Below, in pieces: positions 10,438-20,899 of a stretch of DNA of 64,000 nt. The stretch's first letter is position 1. Each line of letters starts with the position of its first letter. Source of the DNA: Eledone cirrhosa (taxonomy: Eukaryota); contig OZ024741.1 in NCBI GenBank assembly GCA_964016885.1, forward strand, positions 402,876,001 through 402,940,000. Reading direction: 5' to 3'. Position numbers and translations under genes: made by a program. Under the pieces are notes generated by a model. The model was not told the origin of the DNA. It saw only the letters and a list, made by a program, of their open reading frames with translations, and did not search any database.

Positions 10438-13400
10438 GTGGTGGTGATGGTGGTGGTGGTGGTGGTGGTGATGGTGGTGGTGGTGGTGGTGGTGGTGGTG
10501 GTGGTGGTGGTGGTGGTGATGATGGTGGTGGTGGTGGTGGTGGTGGTGGTGGTGATGATGGTGGTGGTGGTGGTGGTGGTGGTGGTGGTGGTGGTGATGG
10601 TGGTGGTGATGGTGGTGGTGGTGGTGGTGGTGGTGGTGGTGGTGGTGGTGGTGGTGATGATGGTGGTGGTGGTGGTGGTGGTGGTGGTGGTGGTGGTGGT
10701 GGTGGTGGTGGTGGTGGTGATGGTGGTGGTGGTGGTGGTGGTGGTGATGGTGGTGGTGGTGGTGGTGGTGGTGGTGGTGGTGGTGGTGGTGGTGATGATG
10801 GTGGTGGTGGTGGTGGTGGTGGTGGTGGTGGTGGTGGTGGTGGTGGTGGTGGTGATGGTGGTGGTGATGGTGGTGGTGGTGGTGGTGGTGATGGTGGTGG
10901 TGGTGGTGGTGGTGATGGTGGTGGTGATGGTGGTGGTGGTGATGGTGGTGGTGGTGATGGTGGTGGTGGTGATGGTGGTGGTGGTGGTGGTGGTGGTGGT
11001 GGTGGTGGTGGTGGTGATGGTGGTGGTGGTGGTGGTGGTGGTGATGGTGGTGGTGATGGTGGTGATGGTGGTGGTGATGGTGGTGGTGGTGGTGGTGGTG
11101 GTGGTGGTGGTGGTGGTGGTGGTGGTGGTGGTGGTGGTGGTGGTGGTGATGGTGGTGGTGATGGTGGTGGTGGTGGTGGTGGTGATGGTGGTGGTGATGG
11201 TGGTGATGGTGGTGGTGATGGTGGTGGTGGTGGTGGTGGTGGTGGTGGTGGTGGTGGTGGTGGTGGTGGTGGTGGTGGTGGTGGTGGTGATGGTGGTGGT
11301 GATGGTGGTGGTGGTGATGGTGGTGGTGGTGATGGTGGTGGTGGTGGTGGTGGTGGTGGTGGTGGTGGTGGTGGTGATGGTGGTGGTGGTGGTGGTGGTG
11401 GTGATGGTGGTGGTGATGGTGGTGATGGTGGTGGTGATGGTGGTGGTGGTGGTGGTGGTGGTGGTGGTGGTGGTGGTGGTGGTGGTGGTGGTGGTGGTGG
11501 TGATGGGTGGTGATGGTGGTGGTGGTGGTGGTGGTGATGGTGGTGGTGGTGGTGGTGGTGGTGATGGTGGTGGTGATGGTGGTGGTGGTGGTGGTGGTGG
11601 TGATGGTGGTGGTGATGGTGGTGATGGTGGTGGTGATGGTGGTGGGGTGGTGGTGGTGATGGTGGTGGTGGTGGTGGTGATGGTGGTGGTGTGGTGGTGG
11701 TGGTGGTGGTGGTGGTGGTGGTGGTGGTGGTGGGTGGTGATGGTGGTGGTGATGGTGGTGGTGGTGGTGGTGATGGTGGTGGTGATGGTGGTGGTGGTGG
11801 TGGTGGTGGTGGGGTGGGGGTGGTGGTGGTGGGTGGTGGTGGGTGGTGGTGGTGGGTGGTGGTGGTGGTGGTGGTGGGTGGTGGTGGGGGTGGTGGTGGG
11901 GGTGGGTGGGGGTGGTGGTGGGGGTGGGGTGGTGGTGGGGGTGGGGTGGTGTGGGGTGGTGGTGGTGGGGGTGGTGTGGTGGTGGTGATGGTGGTGGTGG
12001 GTGGTGGTGGGTGGTGGTGGTGGTGGTGGTGGTGGTGGTGGTGGTGGGGTGGTGGTGGTGGTGGTGGTGGTGGTGGTGGTGGTGGTGGTGGTGGTGGGGG
12101 TGTGGTGGGGGGTGGTGGTGGTGGGTGGGTGGTGGTGGTGGTGGTGGTGGTGGTGGGTGGTGGTGGTGGGTGGTGGTGGTGGTGGTGGGTGGTGGTGGTG
12201 GTGTGGTGGTGGTGGGGGGGTGGTGGTGGGTGGTGGTGGGTGGGGGTGGGGTGGTGGGTGGTGGTGGTGGTGGTGGTGGTGGTGGGTGGTGGTGGTGGTG
12301 GTGGGGTGGGGGGTGGTGGTGGTGGTGGTGGGTGGTGGTGGTGGTGGGGGTGGTGGTGGTGGTGGGTGGTGGTGGTGGTGGTGGTGGTGGGGGTGGGGGT
12401 GGTGGGGTGGTGTGGTGGTGGTGGTGGGGGTGGTGGGGTGGTGGTGGTGGTGGGGGTGGTGGGGTGGTGGGGGTGGGGGGGGTGGGGGTGGGGTGGGTGG
12501 GGTGGGTGGGGGTGGTGGGTGGGGTGGGTGGTGGTGGGTGGTGGTGGGGTGTGGTGTGGTGTGGTGGTGGGTGGTGGTGGTGTGGGGTGGTGGTGGTGGT
12601 GGTGGTGGTGGTGGTGGTGGTGGTAGTGATGGTGGTGGTGATGGTGGTGGTGGTGATGGTGGTGGTGATGGTGGTGGTGATGGTGGTGGTGATGGTGATG
12701 GTGATGGTGGTGGTGATGGTGGTGGTGATGGTGGTGGTGGTGGTGGTGATGGTGGTGGTGATGGTGGTGGTGGTGATGGTGGTGGTGATGGTGGTGGTGG
12801 TGATGGTGGTGGTGGTGATGGTGGTGGTGGTGATGGTGGTGGTGGTGGTGGTGGTGATGGTGGTGGTGATGGTGGTGGTGGTGGTGGTGATGGTGGTGAT
12901 GGTGGTGGTGGTGGTGGTGATGGTGGTGGTGATGGTGGTGGTGATGGTGGTGGTGATGGTGGTGGTGGTGGTAGTGATGGTGGTGGTGATGGTGGTGGTG
13001 GTGGTGGTGATGGTGGTGGTGATGGTGGTGGTGGTGGTGATGGTGGTGGTGATGGTGATGGTGGTGGTGATGGTGGTGGTGATGGTGGTGGTGGAGGTGG
13101 TGGTGGTGGTGGTGATGGTGGTGGTGGTGGTGGTGGTGGTGGTGGTGATGGTGGTGGTGGTGGTGGTGGTGGTGGTGGTGGTGGTGGTGGTGGTGGTGGT
13201 GGTGGAGGTAGTGGTGGTGGTGGTGGTCGTGGTAGTGGTGGTGGTGGTGGTGGTGGTGATAGTGGTGGTGGTAGTGGTGGTGGTGGTGATAGTGGCGGTG
13301 GTGGTGGTGATGATGGTGGTGGTGGTGGTGATAGTGGTGGTGGTGGTGGTGGTGATAGTGGCGGTGGTGGTGGTGATGGTGGTTGTGGTGGTGGTGATAG

Positions 13401-14205
13401 TGGTGGTGGTGGTGGTGGTGATAGTGGCGGTGGTGGTGGTGATGGTGGTTGTGATAGTGGTGGTGGTGGTGGTGGTGATAGTGGCGGTGGTGGTGGTGAT
13501 GGTGGTTGTGGTGGTGGTGATGGTGGTTGTGGTGGTGGTGATAGTGGTGGTGGTGGTGGTGGTGGTGATAGTGGCGGTGGTGGTGGTGATGGTGGTGGTG
13601 GTGATGGTGATGGTGGTGGTGGTGGTGATGGTGGTGATGGTGGTGGTGGTGGTGGTGGTGGTAGTGATGGTGGTGGTGATGGTGGTGGTGGTGGTGGTGG
13701 TGGTGGTGATAGTGGTGGTGGTGGTGGTGGTGGTGGTGGTGGTGGTGGTGGTGGTGATAGTGGCGGTGGTGGTGGTGATGATGGTGGTGGTGGTGGTGAT
13801 AGTGGTGGTGGTGGTGGTGGTGATAGTGGCGGTGGTGGTGGTGATGGTGGTTGTGGTGGTGGTGATAGTGGTGGTGGTGGTGGTGGTGATAGTGGCGGTG
13901 GTGGTGGTGATGGTGGTTGTGGTGGTGGTGATAGTGGTGGTGGTGGTGGTGGTGATAGTGGCGGTGGTGGTGGTGATGGTGGTTGTGGTGGTGGTGATGG
14001 TGGTTGTGGTGGTGGTGATAGTGGTGGTGGTGGTGATAGTGGCGGTGGTGGTGGTGATGGTGGTGGTGGTGGTGATGGTGGTGGTGGTGGTGATGGTGGT
14101 GGTGGTGGTGATGGTGGTGGTGATAGTGGTGGTGGTGGTGGTGGTAGTGGTGGTGATGGTGGTGGTGGTGGTGATGGTGATGGCGGTGGTGGTGGTGGTG
14201 ATAGT
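10438..14205. repeat. About 3.8 kb (GGT)n microsatellite with GAT/AGT/GGC interruptions
   Basis: Trinucleotide periodicity, with a G-run-rich, frame-broken centre at about 11640-12590. Confidence 0.98.
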
Positions 14206-14440
14206 AGGGGGTGTCGGTGGTGCTGGTAATAATGGTAGCGGAGTTAATAATAGTGTCGTTGGTGTTAGAGATGATGATGGCAATAAACCTGGTGTAGCAG
14301 AGGTACAAAGATACTAACACCGATATTCTGTGATTATAATACATCAATTTTTTAACATTGTTTGCTTTAAATACCTCATAAATATTCATCCTGAAGAAAT
14401 TATCCAAAACTTCCATTCTTCTCATCTCTTTTATTTTCAG

Positions 14441-14571
14441 CACAGAAGACTCTACAAAGAAATTGAAAAACTTGGAAAATTTATTTTATATATTATGTTC
14501 TTCTATTGAAATATTTATTCTACATTTGACAAGAACCATTTTTCTTTTGTCCGAATTCCCATTAAATAACT
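14441..14571 (+). CDS. Candidate internal coding exon 2
   Basis: Strong acceptor ctcatctcttttattttcag| and donor ACT|gtaagt. 131 nt open as c+TEDSTKKLKNLENLFYILCSSIEIFILHLTRTIFLLSEFPLNN+t despite high AT content. Phases fit both neighbours. Confidence 0.72.
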
Positions 14572-14825
14572 GTAAGTACTCAATCCAGAATTTTTCTCTT
14601 TTGTTCTAAATATTTAGTCGATAGGCTGGTTTATGGCGGTGATAACGGTAGGGATGGTCCTGATAAGATCAGCGGTATCAAAGTAACCATACTCGACAAT
14701 AAAATATATATACATAGCTGCATATATGTAGGTATATATAGAGATACATACATACACATATATATTAGTCCAAGTCTTGCTAGCAGAGAAAGCAGACATT
14801 AAAATGACAACGGTGACAATATATA

Positions 14826-15651
14826 TCATCATCATCATCATCTTCGTTTAACGTCCATCTTCCACGCTAGCATGGGTTAGACGGGAGTTGTCCCAATTTG
14901 AGGCAAGGTTGGTCGGGTGACCGTGTCTCGCTCATATAGGACTATCTGGCAGGTTTTCTACAGCTGGATGCCCTTCATAACACCAACCACATTTACAGTG
15001 TGGACTGGGAGGTTTTTACTGTGTTACCTACACGGCAACATTACAGCGTGGACTGTGTGTATTTTGTCGTGACACCTACACAATCTCGATCTCATTATCT
15101 CATTTATTTGGACTGGATGTTGTGGTACCAACTTTACAGAGAGAGGGTGGTGTTGGTGGGAGTGGGAGGATAGGGTAGGGGTAGTGGATTGGGGTGTATA
15201 TTTGGTTAAGAGGTGCCTACTGACTGTAGGTCTTCTGTATTACTGCATAGTGCCAAAGATATCAGTCCAGTGACATTGTCTTAGAAAGGTGCAAGTATGT
15301 AAGGTCGGAATTTATCAGATCGTCCCATGTTTTTCTGGGTCTACCTACTCCGTAACTACCATCAATTTTGATCGCCCTGCACTTTTTTATACAACTTTCG
15401 TCTTTCATGCGCATCACGTGACCATACCAACGTAGTCTTCTCTCAAGTAAACAGCATCTGATCCCTCTTATTCCTAATTTCTCACTTAGTTCATTTATGC
15501 TTTGCCGTTCATGTATATTACTATTACACATCCAACGGAGCATGCATGCTTCGTTTCTTTCCAGTCTGCGCAGGTCCTCTGAATGCAATGCCCATGTCTC
15601 ACTGCCATGTAGCATTGCTGTTCGTATACAGGCATCATACAGTCTGCCTTT

Positions 15652-15655
<4 letters not shown>
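14826..15655 (-). mobile_element. RTE-clade LINE 3' fragment, inverted relative to 9292-9989
   Basis: ORF 15262-15654 encodes LYDACIRTAMLHGSETW...ERRLRWYGHVMRM...GRPRKTW. 3' UTR and (GAT)n tail at 14826-14842. Confidence 0.92.
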
Positions 15656-15695
<40 letters not shown>

Positions 15696-15869
15696 ATTAT
15701 GATGATGATATATTTCATCATTTCATTTTACCTCCACTTTTTCCGTGCTTGCAAGTGTGGGACGGGAACTGATTCTGGCTTGATTTCTACAGCTGGATGC
15801 CCTTCCTAACACCAACCTCATTTACAGTGAGTGCCGTGGCACCTCCATGACCACTTTGGAGTGGAATGA

Positions 15870-16027
15870 TATGGACCCCTGTCCCTATCATCTCATTTCT
15901 ACAGCTGAGTAAACTGGAGCAATGTGAAATAAAGTGTCTTGCTCAAGGAAACAACACATCACCTGCTCTGAGAATTGAACTCACAACCTTTCGATTGCAA
16001 GGCCAATGCTCTAACCACTAAGCCATG
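15870..16027 (-). mobile_element. tRNA-derived SINE, family B (CORE-like centre)
   Basis: Minus strand has A-box TGGCTTAGTGG, B-box GAGTTCAATTC, then TGTTGTTTCCTTGAGCAAGACACTTTATTTCAC, resembling the CORE-SINE CCTTGGGCAAGTCACTT motif. Confidence 0.8.
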
Positions 16028-16086
16028 TATATATATATATATATGGATCTGGATTTTACATACATATATACCTACACATATATACA

Positions 16087-16490
16087 TCATCATTATCATC
16101 ATCGTTGATTTTACGTCTGTTTTTCCACACCCATACATGGGTTGGATGGGTTCTTTTCAGCCCAGCATCTCTCCATATGTCATGCTCCTTGGTCATCTCC
16201 AAAGTGTGTTTCAGTAATTTGAGATCATCTTTCAGCACCTCAGCCCAAGTCTTTCTTATACTCTCACCTGGAATAGTAACTGAATTTTATTTTGCTTGTA
16301 ACTGATATTCCTTTGTCATCATCATCATCACCGTTTAACGGCTATTTTCCATGCTAGCATGGGTCAGGCGGGTTGTCCTGTTTGAGAGAATTCAAGGTCA
16401 GATGACCATGTCTTGGTCATACAGAACCAATTTTGACTTGGTTTCTGCAGGTGGATGCCCCTCCTAACACCAACCACATTTACAGATTTA
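16087..16490 (-). mobile_element. Two short RTE-like 3' fragments (16087-16260 and 16317-16490)
   Basis: First encodes LKDDLKLL...EHDIWRDA; second is 3' UTR. Both end in (GAT)n. Confidence 0.7.
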
Positions 16491-16777
16491 CTGTTTTAAA
16501 TCTATTTTCTATTCTAGCATGGGTTAAACAGGTTGTCATATCCAGGGGTTAGTCAGGTCATATATTCCATTCTAGCATTCTGACTACCCTTTATACTACC
16601 AATATCTAAATATAACTGGAGATTTCAGTATTTGAGACATCTTAGATCCTATGAGCTCCTCAACAATTTATCTATAGTAGATACTTATATAATGACTATG
16701 ACTATATTACTATGTAAAATCTAAAGTGACATCAGTTATAACATACACAAACTAAACAATCATCATCATAGTGTTCA

Positions 16778-16970
16778 GGGCGGTGGATTGGCAGTATCAG
16801 TAGAGGGTCGGACGCCATGCTTTGCAGCAAAAGAGTTACAACCCTTTATGGTCTGTATTCAAATCCCGCTGAGGTTAACTTTGCCTTTCTTCCTTACGGG
16901 GTCGATAAAATAAAGTACCTGTAATACACTGGGATAATTGCTGGTCTTGTGCCAAAAGTAGAAACAATTA
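16778..16970 (+). mobile_element. SINE family A
   Basis: GGGCGGTGGATTGGCAGTATCAG...TTCAAATCCCG...GGGGTCGATAAAATAAAGTACC...GCCAAAAGTAGAAAC. Confidence 0.85.
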
Positions 16971-16977
16971 TCATAGT

Positions 16978-17722
16978 TTTTATGTCAGTTTTTCCATGCT
17001 TGCATGGGCTGGACAGGTACTCCTCAGCACAGCATCTCTCCATTCATCGTGATCCTTTTATGTCAGTTTTTCCATGCTTGCATGGGCTGGACAGGTACTC
17101 CTCAGCACAGCATCTCTCCATTCATCGTGATCCTTTGTCCTCCCCTCTGTGAGTTTCAGTGATTTGAGATCAGCTTTCACATTCTCTGCCAAGGTCTTCC
17201 TAGGTCTACCTCTACCATGGCTTCCTTCCACTGGGATTTCCTGGCACTTCTTCACCCAGCAGTCATTGTAAATGCACTTCATGTGTCCATACCAATGCAG
17301 TCTTCTCTCCTGCACACCACCTCGGATTCCTCTTAAACCCAGCTTCTCCCTCATTTCGTCCAAGCTCTGCCTTTCTCTCACATTTATAATGTACATCCAA
17401 TGAAGCATGGTTACTTCATTTCTCTCCAGTCTACACATGTCCTCTGCAAGCACAGCCCATGTTTCACTACCATGTAGCATCACCCTTCACACATCCAATG
17501 AAGCATGGTTACTTCATTTCTCTCCAGTCTACACATGTCCTCTGCAAGCACTGCCCATGTTTCACTACCATGCAGCATCACACTTCACACATCCAATGAA
17601 GCATGGTTATTTCATTTCTCTCTAGTCTATACATGTTCTCTGTAGTCACAGCCCATGTATCACTACCATGCAGTATTGTACTTCACACACAGGCATCATA
17701 CAGTCATCCTTTTGTACATAAG
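16978..17722 (-). mobile_element. RTE-clade LINE fragment with internal tandem duplications
   Basis: Encodes MLHGSETW...ERRLHWYGHM...GRPRKT. Contains 78 bp x2 (from 16981 and 17059) and 98 bp x3 (from 17393, 17491, 17589). Confidence 0.85.
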
Positions 17723-17814
17723 GAGAAACAATATAATGTTATAATGTGTGTGTGTGTGACAGCTCACACCTATGCAGGTATATCTCCTTGGAGGTGTCTT
17801 GGGTGATTTAATGA

Positions 17815-17976
17815 TAGGGACCCCAGTCCTATTATCTCATTTCTACAGCTGAGTAAACTGGAGCAACGTGAAATAAAGTGTCTTGCTCAAGGAAACAACA
17901 CAACACCTGGTCCGAGAATTGAACTCACAACCTTTCCATTGCAAGCCCAATGCTCTAACCACTAAGCTATGCGCCT
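17815..17976 (-). mobile_element. SINE family B
   Basis: Near-identical to 15870-16027. Confidence 0.8.
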
Positions 17977-18139
17977 TCACAAACATTATAATACTAATAT
18001 CTTAATAAACAATACAATATTAATATCTAAATAAACAAAAAAAAAGGATCGATCGACTTTTATCAAATCGGACCGAGGAAACAATGTTTCTGTTGGTCTT
18101 TCCAGTTGCTAATACTATCTATCGGTTGCAACTCCAGGT

Positions 18140-18260
18140 AGAAGGAGTAACATGAAATAAAGTGTCTTGCTCAAGGACATAACGCATCGCCCGGTCCAGG
18201 AATCGAACTCACAACCTCAAGCTTGTGAATCCAATTCTCAAACCATTCAGCCACACGCCT
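18140..18260 (-). mobile_element. SINE family B
   Basis: Minus strand GGCGTGTGGCTGAATGG...GAGTTCGATTCC...TCCTTGAGCAAGACACTTTATTTCA. Confidence 0.8.
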
Positions 18261-18346
18261 TCACATAAACAATACAATACCAATATCTAAATAAAATTAA
18301 AGATTTCACTGGTTGAGGAATCCCATATACTATGAAATCCTCATAT

Positions 18347-19337
18347 TTTTGTAGTAGTTACTAATGTAATGACTATGACTGACATTAGTTATGACATATA
18401 CTAAACATTGTAGTAGATACTTATGTAATGACTATGACATTAGTTATGACATATACTAAACATTGTGGTAGTTACTAATGTAATAACTATGACTGAAGTT
18501 ATGACATATACTAAACATTGTAGTAGATACTTATGTAATGACTATGACATTAGTTATGACATATACTAAACATTGTAGTAGATACTTATGTAATGACTAT
18601 GACATTAGTTATGATGTATACTAAACATTGTAGTAGATACTAATGTAATGACTATGACTGAAGTTATGACATATACTAAACATTGTAGTAGATACTTATG
18701 TAATGACTATGACTGAAGTTATGACATATACTAAACATTGTAGTAGATACTAATGTAATAACTATGACTGAAGTTATGACATATACTAAACATTGTAGTA
18801 GATACTAATGTAATAACTATGACTGAAGTTATGACATATACTAAACATTGTAGTAGATACTAATGTAATGACTATGACTGAAGTTATGACATATACTAAA
18901 CATTGTAGTAGATACTTATGTAATAACTATGACTGAAGATATGACATATACTAAACATTGTAGTAGATACTTATGTAATAACTATGACTGAAGTTATGAC
19001 ATATACTAAACATTGTAGTAGACACTTATGTAATAACTATGACTGAAGTTATGACATATACTAAACATTGTAGTAGACACTTATGTAATAACTATGACTG
19101 AAGTTATGACATATACTAAACATTGTAGTAGACACTTATGTAATAACTATGACTGAAGTTATGACATATACTAAACATTGTAGTAGACACTTATGTAATA
19201 ACTATGACTGAAGTTATGACATATACTAAACATTGTAGTAGACACTTATGTAATGACTATGACTGAAGTTATGACATATACTAAACATTGTAGTAGACAC
19301 TTATGTAATAACTATGACTGAAGTTATATTCTAAACA
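18347..19337. repeat. 55-bp AT-rich minisatellite (about 18 units)
   Basis: CTAAACATTGTAGTAGAYACTWATGTAATRACTATGACTGAAGTTATGACATATA; CTAAAC recurs at 18401, 18456, 18511 and onward. Confidence 0.97.
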
Positions 19338-19361
19338 ATTTTCTTCTGAAAAATATTGCAG

Positions 19362-19500
19362 CTTCATGTGATATTGTGCTGATCAATACCGGAATATCTG
19401 ATCCTCTATTAGCAAAGAAGACATCCACATCATCAATACCACAAGATATACCTATGGATCTAGAGATTTCCACTCAACAAGAACTTATATTACTTCAAAG
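19362..19500 (+). CDS. Candidate internal coding exon 3
   Basis: Acceptor atattgcag| and donor AAG|gtaaac. 139 nt with only one open frame: ct+SCDIVLINTGISDPLLAKKTSTSSIPQDIPMDLEISTQQELILLQ+ag, which is the frame demanded by exon 14441-14571. Confidence 0.7.
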
Positions 19501-19738
19501 GTAAACTTGCTGGGTTATAGCAAATATTATCATCAAATTGGATATTATATATATATATTGAAATATAAATTTAAAATAGCTGGATCTGTATTATATATTT
19601 ATTGAAATATGTGTGAGAATATGTGTGTATGTGTGAATATATTTATACTTGTGTGGGTGTATATTTGTTTATGTGTTTATATAACAAAATAATAATGAAA
19701 ATTATTGTGTACAGTGCTCAGGTGCACTACGAATAAAT

Positions 19739-19742
19739 AAAA
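19739..19742 (-). terminator. Putative Pol III terminator (TTTT) for the tRNA
   Basis: T4 run about 15 nt downstream of the tRNA 3' end on the minus strand. Confidence 0.45.
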
Positions 19743-19756
19743 GTACAGCATTTTTC

Positions 19757-19828
19757 AGGTTCTAACGAGTCTTGAACTCGGATCACTGGATTCAGAGTCC
19801 AGAGTGCTAACCATTACACCATAGAACC
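19757..19828 (-). tRNA. trnQ-CTG: tRNA-Gln (anticodon CTG), possibly a slightly degenerate copy
   Basis: Minus strand GGTTCTATGGTGTAATGGTTAGCACTCTGGACTCTGAATCCAGTGATCCGAGTTCAAGACTCGTTAGAACCT (72 nt). Perfect 7-bp acceptor stem and CTGGA/TCCAG anticodon stem; one T-stem mismatch. Confidence 0.92.
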
Positions 19829-20354
19829 ATCTTACACGTACATGCATATAAATGTATACATATGTATACTTATTATCTTGTTTATTTACGTTTGTTGCTG
19901 ATAGTTTTTTCACAAAAAAGAGTTTGTAATAAAATAATTATCAAACTAAAAACTTAGTTTTGTACACTTTTTATATATAAAATACTACATTTAGCTGTCA
20001 TTTTTGATGGAATGGCCAGCTAGTTAGTTTATAATGCCTGGATGTATATTATATATTTACTGAAATATAAGTTTATATAACAGCTGTATCTATATTATAT
20101 ATTTATTGAAATATAAACATAATACCTCTTATCTATATTATATATTTATTGAAATAAAACACCTTATATCTATATTTTTGTAAATATAGATTGTAAATTA
20201 TATCTAGAAATGAAGACCATTTGAATTCCTGGATTGCTCTGGGTTAATCTGAAATAGTGGTAAACATTAAAATTGCTTCTTCTATTACTTTGATATGTAA
20301 CAAACTCCTCTGCTAAATGGTTAAAGGATATTAGGATATTACGACACAGGACAT

Positions 20355-20720
20355 AGAATGTTTGAATGGTTAAGAAGGTTACTTTACAATCACAAGATGA
20401 GTGGCTATGTGGTTAGAGAAATATATTTGCAATCATGAGGCTGTGAGTTCAATTCCCGGACTGGGTGATGTGTTATGTAAATGAACAAGACACTTTATTT
20501 CATGTTGCTTTTTCTGCCACGAGTTGTGACCTTTGATGAGTTCCACCTCGGTAAGTCAATAAGGTCTGATCTTGTTGATTGATCAATTGACAATCACAAG
20601 GTTCCAGGTTTGGTCTCACTGCATGATATCTTGGGCAAGTATCTTTAGCTGCAGTCTTAGATTGACCCAGGACTTGTGAGGGAAATTGGATAATGAATCA
20701 CTGTTAGAAAGCCTGTCAAA
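20355..20720 (+). mobile_element. Old SINE (family C) interrupted by a family B SINE (20397-20589)
   Basis: 11-bp duplication ACAATCACAAG at 20386-20396 and 20590-20600. The insert has GTGGCTATGTGG, GAGTTCAATTCCC and CAAGACACTTTATTT; the host continues GTTCCAGGTTTGG...CTTGGGCAAGT. Confidence 0.7.
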
Positions 20721-20899
20721 TGAACTGAACTTATGATTCTTGTCACAACTGTATCACACTGAGTCTCCCTGAGAATTACGTTAAAGGAACATTTGTTACT
20801 AGAATACTCAGTTACATATTAATTTAACAAGCAGGCCATGATTTTGATTGCATTTTATTTTACTTAATGGAAAGATATAAATATATTTGAGCAGAAATA

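Noticed and set aside
14200-14320. Minus-strand acceptor ctctgctacaccag| leading into LLPSSSLTPTT...
   Set aside because: It runs into the microsatellite with no donor and conflicts with the better-supported plus-strand exon chain; probably decayed trinucleotide edge.
10364-14443. Poly-His/Pro/Thr/Gly/Val ORFs (extensin- or mucin-like)
   Set aside because: Translations of (GGT)n that are open in most frames on both strands.
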